Assembly: GCF_009914755.1 (NCBI RefSeq)
Contig: NC_060928.1
Direction: 5' to 3' (one strand)
DNA length: 64,000 nt
Source: the human T2T-CHM13v2.0 reference genome, Homo sapiens
In this document: piece by piece, positions 15,351 to 29,770 of the stretch
How positions within the stretch are numbered: the first letter of the stretch is position 1
How the letters are laid out: each line of letters starts with the position of its first letter
Program-made: the position numbers and the translations under genes
Notes under the pieces: model-generated
What the model was told of the DNA's origin: nothing
Databases searched by the model: none
What the model saw: the letters and a program-made list of their open reading frames with translations, nothing else

Positions 15351-16099
15351 TACAGTATATAATACATACTTTGGGTACTTTAATATTTTATGTAGAGTAT
15401 ATAATACCTACTTTGGGTACTTTGATATTTTGTGGAAAGTATATAATACATGCTTTGGGTAAGTTGATATTTTATGTACAGTATATAATATATAGTTTGG
15501 GTATTTTGATATTTTATATACAGTATATAATACATACTTTGCCTACTTTGATATTTTTTGTACAGTATATAAAACATACTTTGGGGAGTTTGATATTTTA
15601 TGAACAGTATATAATACACATTTTGGGTACTTTGATATTTTATGTACAGTATATAATACATACTTTGGGTACTTTGATATTTTACGTACAGTATATAATA
15701 CATACGTTGGGTACTTTGATATTTTATGTACAGTATATAATACATACATTGGGTACTTCGATATTTTATGTGCAGTACCGTATATATAGTTTGGGTATTT
15801 TGATATTTTATGTCCAGTATAAAATAAATAGTTTTGTTACTTTGATATTTTATGTACAGGTTATAGTTTGAGTACTTTGATATTTAATGTTCAGTTTATT
15901 ATACATGTTTGGGTGCTTTCATATTTTATATACAGTATATAATACATAGTTTGGGCGCCTTGATATTTTATGTATAGTATATAATACATACTTTGGGTAC
16001 TTTGATGTATTATGTACAGTATATAATACATACTTTGGGTACTTTGATATTTTATGTACAGTATATAATACATACTTTGGGTACTTTGATATTTTATGT

Positions 16100-17660
16100 A
16101 CAGTATGTAATACATAATTTGGGTACTTTAATATTTTATGTGTAGTATATAATACATACTTTGGGTACTTTGATATTTTATGTACAGTATATAATACATA
16201 CATTGGGTACTTTCATATTTCATGTACAGTATATAATATATAGTTTGGGTACTTTGGTATATTATGTACTGTATATAATACATACTTTGAGTACTTTGAT
16301 ATTTTATGTACAGTATATAATACATACTTTGAGTACTTTGATATTTTATGTACAGTATGTAATACATAATTTGGGTACTTTAATATTTTATGTATAGTAT
16401 ATAATACATACTTTGGGTACTTTGATATTTTATGTACAGTATATAATATATACATTGGGTACTTTCATATTTCATGTACAGTATATAATATATAGTTTGG
16501 GTACTTTGGTATATTATGTACTGTATATAATACATACTTTGAGTACTTTGATATTTTATGTACAGTATATAATATATAGTTTGGGTACTTTGATATTTTA
16601 TATACAATATATAATATGTATTATGTGTACTTTGATATATTCTGTGCAGTATATAATATATAGTTTGGGTTGTTTGATATTTTATGTACAGTATATAATA
16701 TATTGTTTGGGTAGTTTGATATTTTAAGTACAGTATGTAATATATAGTTTGTGTTATTTGATATTTTATGTAATGTATACAATATATAGTACTGGTACTT
16801 TGATATTTCATGTAAAGTATATAGTTTGAGTACTTTGATATTTTATATACAGTTTATTATAAATGTTTGGGTACCTTCATATTTTATGTACAGTATATAA
16901 TACATACTTTGGGAACTTTTATTTTATGTGCAGTATATAATACATACCTTGGGTACTTTGATATTTTATGTACAGGATATAATACACACTTTGGGTACTT
17001 TGATATTTTATGTACAGTATATAATACACACTTTGGGTAGTTTGATATTTTATGTACAGTATATAATACATACTTTGGGTACTTTGATGTATTATGTACA
17101 GTATATAATACATACTTTGGGTACTTTGATATTTTATGTACAGTATATAATACATACTTTGGGTACTTTGATATTTTATGTACAGTATGTAATACATAAT
17201 TTGGGTACTTTAATATTTTATGTATAGTATATAATACATACTTTGGGTACTTTGATATTTTATGTACAGTATATAATACATACATTGGGTACTTTCATAT
17301 TTCATGTACAGTATATAATATATAGTTTGGGTACTTTGGTATATTATGTACTGTATATAATACATACTTTGAGTACTTTGATATTTTATGTACAGTATAT
17401 AATACATACTTTGGGTACTTTGATATTTTATGTACAGTATGTAATACATAATTTGGGTACTTTAATATTTTATGTATAGTATATAATACATACTTTGGGT
17501 ACTTTGATATTTTATGTACAGTATATAATACATACATTGGGTACTTTCATATTTCATGTACAGTATATAATATATAGTTTGGGTACTTTGGTATATTATG
17601 TACTGTATATAATACATACTTTGAGTACTTTGATATTTTATGTACAGTATATAATACATA
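16100..17660 (+). repeat. Local 252-bp (6-mer) higher-order repeat, as two pairs of copies
   Basis: The marker ATAATTTGGGTACTTTAATA occurs at 16114, 16366, 17196 and 17448 (252-bp spacing within pairs, 1082 bp between pairs). Each is followed by ACATTGGGTACTTTCATATTTCAT and TTTGGTATATTATGTACTG. Confidence 0.85.
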
Positions 17661-19700
17661 CTTTGCGTACTTTGATATTTTATGTCCAGTATAGAATATA
17701 TAGTTTTGGTAGTTTGATATTTTATGTACAGTATATAGTTTGAGTACTTTCACATTTTATGTACAGTTTATTATAAAGGTTTGGGTGTTTTCATATTTTA
17801 TGTACTGTATATAATACATACATTGGGCACTTTGATATATTATGTACAGTATATAATACATACTTTGGGTACTCTGATATTTTATGTACAGTATATAATA
17901 CACACTTTGGGTACTTTGATATTTTATGTACAGGATATAATGCATACTTTGGGTACTTTGATTGTTTATGTACAGTATATAATACATAATTTGGGTACTT
18001 TGATATTTTATGTATAGTATAAAATATACAGTTTGGGTACTTTGATATTTTATGTACAGTATGTAAAACATACTTTGGGGAGTTTGATATTTTATGTACA
18101 GTATGTAAAACATAATTTGGGGAGTTTGATATTTTATGAACAGTATATAATACACATTTTGTGTACTTTGGTATTTTATGTACAGTATATAATACATACT
18201 TTGGGTACTTTGATATTTTATGTACAGTATATAATACATACTTTGGGTACTTTGATATTTTATGTACAGTATACAATATATAGTTTGAGTACTTTGATAT
18301 TTTATGTACTGTATAAAATATATAGTTTTGGTACTTTGATATTTTATGTACAGTATATAGTTTGAGTACTTTGATATTTTATGTACAGTTTGTTATAAAT
18401 ATTTGGGTGCTTTCATATTTTATGTACTGTATATAATACATGCTTTAGGCACTTTGATATTTTATGTACAGTATATAATACATACTTTGGGTACTCTGAT
18501 ATTTTATGTACAGTGTATAATACATACTTTGGGTACTTTGATATTTTATGTACAGTATATAATACATAAATTGGGTACTTTGATATATTATGTACAGTAT
18601 ATAATACTTACTTGGGGTACTTTGATATTTTATGTATAGTATATAATACATAGTTTGTGTACTTTGATATTTTATGTACAGTACATAATACATACTATTG
18701 GTACTTTGATATTTTATGTACAGTATACAATATATAGTTTGAGTACTTTGATATTTTATGTCCAGTATAAAATATATAGATTTCGTACTTTGATATTTTA
18801 TGTACAGAATATAGTTTGAGTACTTTGATATTTTATGTACACTTTATTATAAAAGTTTGGGTACTTTCATATTTTATGTACAGTATATAATACATACTTT
18901 GGGCACTTTGATGTTTTATGCACAGTATATAATACATACTTTGGGTACTTTTATATTTTATGTACAGTATATAATACATAGTTTGGGTACTTTGATATTT
19001 AATATACAGTATATAATGCACACTTTGCGTACTTTGATATTTTATGTAAAGTATGTAATACATACTTTGGGTAGTTTGATATTTTATGTACAGTATGTAA
19101 TACACACTTTGGGTACTTTGATATTTTATGTACAGTATGTAAAACATACTTTGGGTAGTTTGATATATTATGATCAGTATATAATACACATTTTGGGTAC
19201 TTTGATATTTTATGTACAGTGTATAATACATACTTTGGGTACTTTGATATTTTATGTACAGGATATAATGCATACTTTGGGTACTTTGATAGTTTATGTA
19301 CAGTATATAATACTTACTTTGGGTACTTTGATATTTTATATATAGTATAAAATATATAGTTTGGGTAGTTTGATACTTTAAGTATAGTATATGATACATA
19401 TTTTTAGTACTTAGATATTTTATCTACAGTGTATAATAAATACTATGGGTACTTTGATATATTATGTACAATAGATAATACATGCTTTGGGTACTTTGGT
19501 ATTTTATGTACAGTATATAATACATACTTTGGGTACTTTGATATTTTATGTACAGTATATAATACATACATTGGGTGCTTTCATATTTCATGTACACTAT
19601 ATAATATATAGTTTGGGTACTTTGGTATATTATGTACTGTATATAATACATACTTTGAGTATTTTGATATTTTATGTACAGTATATAATACATACTTTGG
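17440..19700 (+). repeat. Approximately 2.3-kb segment duplicated at about 46850-49110 (offset 29409)
   Basis: ORF pairs 17781/47190, 18033/47442, 18403/47812, 18857/48266 and 19487/48896 all share offset 29409. Both copies share TTTCACATTTT, GGGTGTTTTCAT and GCTTTAGGC. Confidence 0.85.
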
Positions 19701-22700
19701 GTACTTTGATAATTTATGTACAGTATATAATGCATAATTTGGGTACTTCAATAGTTTATGCACAGTATATAATACATACTTTGGGTAATTTGATATTTTA
19801 TGTACAGTATATAATGCATACTTTGGGTACTTTGATAGTTTATGTACAGTATACAATACATACTTTGGGTACTTTGATATTTTATGTACAGTATATAATA
19901 TGTAGTTTGGGTACTTTGATATTTTAACTACAGTATATAATACATACTTTGGGTACTTTGATATTTTATCTACAGTATATAACAGATACTTTGGGTACTT
20001 TGATGTATTATGTACAGTATATAATACATAGTTTGGTTACTTTGATATTTTTTGTACAGTATGTAAAACATACTTTGGGGAGTTTGATATTTTATGAACA
20101 GTATATAATACACATTTTGGGTACTTTGATATTTTATGTACGGTATATAATACATACTTTGGGTACTTTGATATTTTATGTACAGTATATAATTCATACT
20201 TTGGGTACTTTGATATTTTATGTACAGTATATAATACATACTTTGGGTACTTTGATATTTTATGTACAGTATATAATGCATACTTTAGGTACTTTGATAG
20301 TTTATGTACAGTATATAATACATACTTTGGGTACTTTGATATTTTATGTACAGTATATAATACATACTTTGGGTACTTTGATATTTTATGTACAGTATAT
20401 AATTCATACTTTGGGTACTTTGATATTTTATGTGCAGGATATAATGCATACTTTGGGTACTTTTATATTTTATGTACAGTATATAATATATAGTTTGGGT
20501 ACTTTGATATTTTATGTACGGTATATAATACATAGTTTGGGTACTTTGATATTTTATGCATAGTATATAATACATACTTTGTGTACTTTGATATTGTATG
20601 TACAGTATACAATATATAGTTTGAGTAGTTTGATATTTTATGTACTGTATAAAATATATAGTTTTGGTACTTTGATATTTTATGTATAGTATATAGTTTG
20701 AGTACTTTGATATTTTATGTACAGTTTTTTATAAATATTTCGGTGCTTTCATATTTTATGTACAGTATATAATACACACTAAGCGCACTTTGATATTTTA
20801 TGTACAGTATATAATACATACTTTGGTTACTCTGATATTTTATGTACAGTGTATAATACATACTTTGGGTACTTTGATATTTTATGTACAATATATAATA
20901 CATACGTTGGGAACTTTGATATATTATGTACAGTATATAATTCATACTTTGGGTACTTTGATATATTATGTACAGTATATAATACATAGTTTGTGTACTT
21001 TGATATTTTATGTACAGTATATAATACATACTTTGGGTACTTTGATATTTTATATACAGTATATAATACATACTTTGGGTACTTTCATGTTTTATGTACA
21101 GTATATAATATATAGTTTGGGTACTTTGATATTTTATCTACAGCTTATAATACATACTTTGGGTACTTTGATATTTTATATACAGTATATAATACATACT
21201 TTGGGTAGTTTGATATTTTATGTACAGTATACAATATATAGTTTGAGTAATTTGATATTTTATGTACAGTATACAATATATAGTTTGAGTACTTTGATAT
21301 TTTATGTGCAGTATAAAATATATAGTTTTGGTACTTTGATATTTTATGTACAGTTTATAGTTTGAGTACTTTGATATTTTATGTACAGTTTATTATAAAT
21401 GTTTGGGTACTTTCATATTTGATGTACAGTATATAATACATAATTTGGGCACTTTGATATTTTATGTACCGTATATAATACATACTTTGGGTACTTTTCT
21501 ATTTTATGTACAGTATATAATACATACTTTGGGTACTTTGATATTTAATGTACAGTATATAATACACACTTTGCGTACTTTGATATTTTATGTAAAGCAT
21601 GTAATACATACATTGGGCAGTTTGATATTTTATGTACAGTATGTAATACACACTTTGGGTACTTTGATATTTTATGTACGGTATGTAAAACATACTTTGC
21701 GTAGTTTGATATATTATGTACAGTAGATAATACATACTTTGGGTACTCTGATATTTTATGTACAGTGTATAATACATACTTTGGTTACTTTGATATTTTA
21801 TGTACAGTATATAATACATACATTGGGTACTTTGATATATTATGCACAGTATATAATACTTACTTGGGGTACTTTGATATTTTATGTACAGTATATAATA
21901 CATACTTTGTGTACTTTGATATTTTATGTACCTTATATAATACATAATTTGGGTACTTTGATATTTTATGTACAGTATATAATACATACTTTGGGTATCT
22001 TGATATTTTATATACAGTATATAATGCATATTTTGGGTACTTTGATATTTTATGTACAGTATATAATGCATACTTTGAGTACTTTGATATTTTATGTACA
22101 GTATATAATGCATACTTTGAGTACTTTGATATTTTATGTACAGTAAGTAATACATACTTTGGGTACTTTGATATTTTATGTATAGTATATAATACATAGT
22201 TTGTGTAGTTTGATATTTTATGTACAGTATACAATATATAGTTTGAGTACTTTGATATTTTATGTCCAGTATAAAATATATAGTTTTCCTAATTGATATT
22301 TTATGTACAGAATATAGTTTGAGTACTTTGATATATTATGTACACTTTATTATAAATGTTTGGGTACTTTCATATTTTATGTACAGTATATAATACATAC
22401 TTTGGTCTCTTTGATGTTTTATGTACAGTATATAATACATACTTTGGGTTCTTTGATATTTTATGTGCAGAATATAATGCATAGTTTTAGGTACTTTTAT
22501 ATTTTATGTACAGTATATAATACATACTTTGGGTACTTTGATATTTTATGTACAGTATATGATACATACTTTGGGAACTTTGATATTTTATGTACAGTAT
22601 GTAATACATACTTTGGGTACTTTGATATTTTATGTACAGTATATAATACATATTATTGGTACTTTGATATTTTATGTACAGTATACAATATATAGTTTGA

Positions 22701-25529
22701 GTACTTTGATATTTTATGTCCAGTATAAAATACATAGATTTCATACTTTGATATTTTATGTACAGAATATAGTTTGAGTACTTTGATATTTTATGTACAC
22801 TTTATCATAAAAGTTTGGGTACTTTCATATTTTACGTACAGTATATAATACATACTTTGGGCACTTTGATGTTTTATGTACAGTATATAATACATACTTT
22901 GGGTTCTTTGATATGTTATGTACAGCATATAGTACATAATTTGGGGACTTTTATATTTTATGTACATTATATAATACATACTTTGGGTACTTTTATATTT
23001 TATGTACGGTATATAATACATACTTTGGGTACTTTGATATATTATGTACAGTATATAATACATACTTTGGGTACTTTGATATATAATGTACAGTATATAA
23101 TACATACTTAGGGTACTTTGATATTTTATGTACAGTACATAATACATACTTTGGGTACTTTGATATTTTATGTACAGTATGTAATACATACTTTGGGTAC
23201 TTTGATATTTTATGTACAGTATATAATACATGTTTTGGGTACTTTTATATTTTATGTACAGTATATAATATATAGTTTGGGTACTTTGATATTTTATGTA
23301 CGGTATATAATACATACTCTGGGAACTTTGATATTTTATGTACAGTATATAATACATACTTTGGGTACTTTGATATTTTATGTACAGTATATAATACATA
23401 CTTTGGGTACTTTGATATTTAATGTACAGTATATAATACACACTTTGCGTACTTTGATATTTTATGTAAAGTATGTAATACATACTTTGGGTACTTTGAT
23501 ATTTTATCTACAGTATGTAATACACGCTTTGGGTGCTTTGATATTTTATGTAGAGTTTGTAAAACATACTTTGGGTAGTTTGGTATTTTATGATCAGTAT
23601 ATAATACATATTTTGGGTACTTTGATATTTTATGTACAGTATATAATACATACTTTGGGTACTTTGATATTTTATGTACAGTATATAATGCATAATTTGG
23701 GTACTTCAATAGTTTATGCACAGTATATAATACATACTTTGGGTAGTTTGATATTTTATGTACAGTATATAATGCATACTTTGGGTACTTTGATAGTTTA
23801 TGTACAGTATACAATACATACTTTGGGTACTTTGATATTTTATGTACAGTATATAATACGTAGTTTGGGTACTTTGATATTTTAACTACAGTATATAATA
23901 CATACTTTGGGTACTTTGATATTTTATCTACAGTATATAATAGATACTTTGGGTACTTTGATATATTATGTACAGTATATAATACATAGTTTGGTTACTT
24001 TGATATTTTTTGTACAGTATGTAAAACATACTTTGGGGAGTTTGATATTTTATGAACAGTATATAATACACATTTTGGGTACTTTGATATTTTATGTACG
24101 GTATATAATACATACTTTGGGTACTTTGATATTTTATGTACAGTATATAATTCATACTTTGGGTACTTTGATATTTTATGTACAGTATATAATACATACA
24201 TTGGGTACTTCGATATTTTATGTGCAGTACCCTATATATAGTTTGGGTACTTTGATATTTTATGTCCAGTATAAAATAAATAGTTTTGGTACTTTGATAT
24301 TTTATGTACAGTATATAGTTTGAGTACTTTGATATTTAATGTTCAGTTTATTATAAATGTTTGGGTGCTTTCATATTTTATATACAGTATATAATACATA
24401 CTTTGGGCACTTTGATATTTTCTGTACAGTATATAATACATACTTTGGGTACTTTGATATTTTATATACGGTATATAATACATACATTGGGTACTTTGAT
24501 ATTTTATGTACAGTATATAATATATAGTTTGGTTACTTTGATATTTTATATACAGTATATAATATATATTATGTGTACTTTGATATATTATGTACAGTAT
24601 ATAATATATAGTATGGGTTGTTTGATATTATATGTACAGTATATAATATATAGTTTGGGTAGTTTGATATTTTTAGTACAGTATGTAATATATAGTTTGT
24701 TTTATTTGATATTTTATGTACAGTATACAATATATAGTATTGGTACGTTCATATTTCATGTAAAGTATATAGTTTGAGTACTTTGATATTTTATATGCAG
24801 TTTATTATAAATGTTTTGGTACTTTCATATTTTATGTACAGTATATAATACATACTTTGGGAACTTTTATTTTATGTGCAGTATATAATACATACTTTGG
24901 GTACTTTGATATTTCATGTACAGTATATAATACACACTTTGGGTACTTTGATATTTTATGTACAGTATATAATACACACTTTGGGTACTTTGATATTTTA
25001 TGTACAGTATATAATACATACTTTGGTACTTTTATATTTCATGTACAGTATATAATATATAGTTTGGGTACTTTGATATTTTATGTACAGTATATAATAC
25101 ATAGTTTGGGTATTTTGATATTTTATGTACAGTATATAATACATACTTTGGGTACTTTGATATTTTATGTACAGTATGTAATATATAGTTTGGGTACTTT
25201 GATATTTTATGTGCAGTATATAACACATACTTTCGGTAGTTGGATATTTTATGTACAGTATATAATACATACTTTCGGTACTTCGATATTTGATGTACAG
25301 TATACTATATATAGATGGGTACTTTGATATTTTATGTCGGGTATAAAATAAATAGTTTTGGTACTTAGATATTTTATGTACAGTATATAGTTTGAGTACT
25401 TTGATATTTTATGTACAGTTTGTTATAAATGGGTGCTTTCATATTTTATGTACAGTATATAATACATACTATGGGCACTTTGATATTTTATGTACAGTAT
25501 ATAATACATACTTTGGGTACTTTGATATT

Positions 25530-28500
25530 TTATGTACAGTTTGTTAAAAATGTTTGGGTGCTTTCATATTTTATGTACAGTATATAATACATACTTTGGT
25601 CACTTTGATATCTTATGTACAGTATATAATACATACTTTGGATACTCTGATATTTTATGTACAGGGTATAATACATAATTTGTGTACTTTGATATTTTAT
25701 GTACAGTATATAATACATACGTTGGGTACTTTGATATATTATGTACAGTATATAATACATACTTTGGGTACTTTGATATTTTATGTACAGTATATAATCC
25801 ATAGTTTGTGTACTTTGATATTTTATGTACAGTATATAATACATACTTTGGGTACTTTGATATTTTATGTACAGTATAGAATATATAGTTTGAGTACTTT
25901 GTTATTTTATGTCCAGTATAAAATATATAGTTTTCGTAATTGATATTTTATGTACAGAATATAGTTTGAGTACTTTGATATTTTATGTACACTTTATTAT
26001 AAATGTTTGGGTACTTTCATATTTTATGTACAGTATATAATACATACTTTGGTCTCTTTGATGTTTTATGTACAGTATATAATACATACTTTGGGTTCTT
26101 TGATATTTTATGTACAGAATATAATGCATAGTTTTAGGTACTTTTATATTTTATGTACAGTATATAATACATACTTTGGGTACTTTGATATTTTATGTAC
26201 AGTATATAATACATACTTTGGGAACTTTGATATTTTATGTACAGTATGTAATACATACTTTGGGTACTTTGATATTTTATGTACAGTATATAATACATAC
26301 TATTGGTACTTTGATATTTTATGTACAGTATACAATATATAGTTTGAGTACTTTGATATTTTATATCCAGTATAAAATATATAGATTTCATACTTTGATA
26401 TTTTATGTACTGAATGTAGTTTGAGTACTTTGATATTTTATGTACACTTTATTATAAAAGTTTGGGTACTTTCATATTTTACGTACAGTATATAATACAT
26501 ACTTTGGGCACTTTGATGTTTTATGTACAGTATATAATACATACTTTGGGTTCTTTGATATTTTATGTACAGCATATAATACATAATTTGGGGACTTTTA
26601 TATTTTATGTACATTATATTATACATACTTTGGGTACTTTTATATTTTATGTACGGTATATAATACATACTTTGGGTACTTTGATATATTATGTACCGTA
26701 TATAATACATACTTTGGGTACTTTGATATATTATGTACAGTATATAATACATACTAAGGGTACTTTGACATTTTATGTACAGTACATAATACTTACTTTG
26801 GGTACTTTGATATATTATATACAGTATATAATGCATACTTTGGATACTTTGATATTTTATGTATAGTATATAATACATACTTTGGGTACTTTGATATTTT
26901 ATGTACAGTATGTAATACATAATTTGGGTAATTTAATATTTTATGTATAGTATATAATACATACTTTGGGTACTTTGATATTTTATGGACAGTGTATAAT
27001 ACATACTTTGGGTACTTTGATATTTTATGTACAGTGTATAATATATAGTTTGGGTACTTTGATATTTTATATACAGTATATAATACATACTTTGGGTACT
27101 TTGATATTTTATGTACAGTATATAATATGTAGTTTGGGTACTTTGATATTTTATGTACGGTATATAATACATACTTTGGGTACTTTGATATTTTATTTAC
27201 AGTATATAATACATGCTTTGGGTACTTTGATATTTTATGTACAGTATATAATACATACTTTGGGTACTTTGATATTTTATGTACAGTATACAATATATAG
27301 TTTGAGTACTTTGATATTTTATGTGCAGTATAAAATATATAGTGTTGGTAGTTTGATATTTTATGTACAGTATATATTTTGAGTACTTTGATACTTTTAT
27401 GTACAGTTTATTATAAATGTTTGGGTACTTTCATATTTGATGTACAGTATATAATACATAATTTGGGCACTTTGATATTTTATGTACAGTATATAATACA
27501 TACTTTGGGTACTTTTATATTTTATGTACAGTATATAATACATACTTTGGGTACTTTGATATTTAATGTACAGTATATAATACACACTTTGAGTACTTTG
27601 ATATTTTATGTAACGTATGTAATACATATTTTGGGTAGTTTGATATTTTATGTACAGTATGTAGTACACACTTTGGGTACTTTGATATTTTATGTACAGT
27701 ATGTAAAACATACTTTGGGTACTTTGATATTTTATGTACAGTATGCAAAATATAGTTTGAGTACTTTGATATTTTATGTACAGTTTATTATAAATGTTTG
27801 GGTAGTTTCATATTTGATGTACTGTATATAATACATAATTTGGGCACTTTGATATTTTATGTACAGTATATAATACATACTTTGGGTAATTTTATATTTT
27901 ATGTACAGTATATAATACATACTTTGGATACTTTGATATTTAATGTACAGTATATAATGCACACTTTGCGTACTGTGATATTTTATGTAAAGTATGTAAT
28001 ACATACTGTGGGTAGTTTGATATTTTATGTACAGTATGTAATACACACTTTGGGTACTTTGATATTTTATGTATAGTGTATAATACATACTTTGGTTACT
28101 TTGATATTTTATGTACAGTATGTAATACATAATTTGGGTAATTTAATATTTTATGTATAGTATATAATACATACTTTGGGTACTTTGATATTTTATGGAC
28201 AGTGTATAATACATACTTTGGGTACTTTGATATTTTATGTACAGTGTATAATATATAGTTTGGGTACTTTGATATTTTATATACAGTATATAATACATAC
28301 TTTGGGTACTTTGATATTTTATGTACAGTATATAATATATAGTTTGGGTACTTTGATATTTTATGTACGGTATATAATACATACTTTGGGTACTTTGATA
28401 TTTTATGTACAGTATATAATACATACTTTGGGTACTTTGATATTTTATGTACAGTATACAATATATAGTTTGAGTACTTTGATATTTTATGTGCAGTATA

Positions 28501-29770
28501 AAATATATAGTGTTGGTAGTTTGATGTTTTATGTACAGTATATATTTTGAGTACTTTGATATTTTATGTACAGTTTATTATAAATGTTTGGGTACTTTCA
28601 TATTTGATGTACAGTATGTAATACATAATTTGGGCACTTTGATATTTTATGTACAGTATATAATACATACTTTGGGTACTTTTATATTTTATGTACAGTA
28701 TATAATACATACTTTGGGTACTTTGATATTTAATGTACAGTATATAATACACACTTTGCGTACTTTGATATTTTATGTAACGTATGTAATACATACTTTG
28801 GGTAGTTTGATATTTTATGTACAGTATGTAGTACACACTTTGGATACTTTGATATTTTATGTACAGTATGTAAAACATACTTTGGGTACTTTGATATTTT
28901 ATGTACAGTATATAATATATAGTTTGGGTACTTTGATATTTTATATACAGTATATAATACATACTTTTGGTACTTTGATATTTTATGTACAGTATATAAT
29001 ACGTACTTTGGGTACTTTGATATTTTATGTACAGTATGCAATATATATTTTGAGTACTTTGATATTTTATGTACAGTTTATTATAAATGTTTGGGTAGTT
29101 TCATATTTGACGTACAGTATATTATACATAATTTGGGCACTTTGATATTTTATGTACAGTATATAATACATACTTTGGGTAATTTTATATTTTATGTACA
29201 GTATATATTACATACTTTGGGTACTTTGATATTTAATGTACAGTATATAATGCACACTTTGCGTACTGTGATATTTTATGTAAAGTATGTAATACATACT
29301 GTGGGTAGTTTGATATTTTATGTACAGTATGTAATACACACTTTGGGTACTTTGATATTTTATGTACTGTATGTAAAACATACTTTGGGTAGTTTGATAT
29401 TTTATGATGAGTATATAATACACATTTTGGGTACTTTGATATTTTATGTACAGGATATAATGCATATTTTGGGTACTTTGATAGTTTATGTACAGTATAT
29501 AATACATACTTTGGGTACTTTGATATTTTATGTATAGTATAAAATATATAGTTCGGGTAGTTTGATATTTTATGTACAGTATGTAAAACATACTTTGGGG
29601 AGTTTGATATTTTATGAACAGTATATAATACACATTTTGTGTACTTTGATATTTTATGTACAGTATATAATACATACTTTGGGTACTTTGATATTTTATG
29701 TACAGTATATATTACATACTTTGGGTACTTTGATATTTTATGTACAGTATACAATATATAGTTTGAGTAC
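25530..29770 (+). repeat. At least 4.2-kb segment duplicated at 59722-64000 (offset about 34.2 kb, running off the window end)
   Basis: Offsets: 25554/59746 (34192), 26007/60241 and 26462/60696 (34234), 27798/62031, 28176/62409 and 29091/63324 (34233). Both copies share CAGGGTAT, GGTCACTTT, GTACTGTGAT, TGACGTAC and GTTCGGGTAG. Confidence 0.9.
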
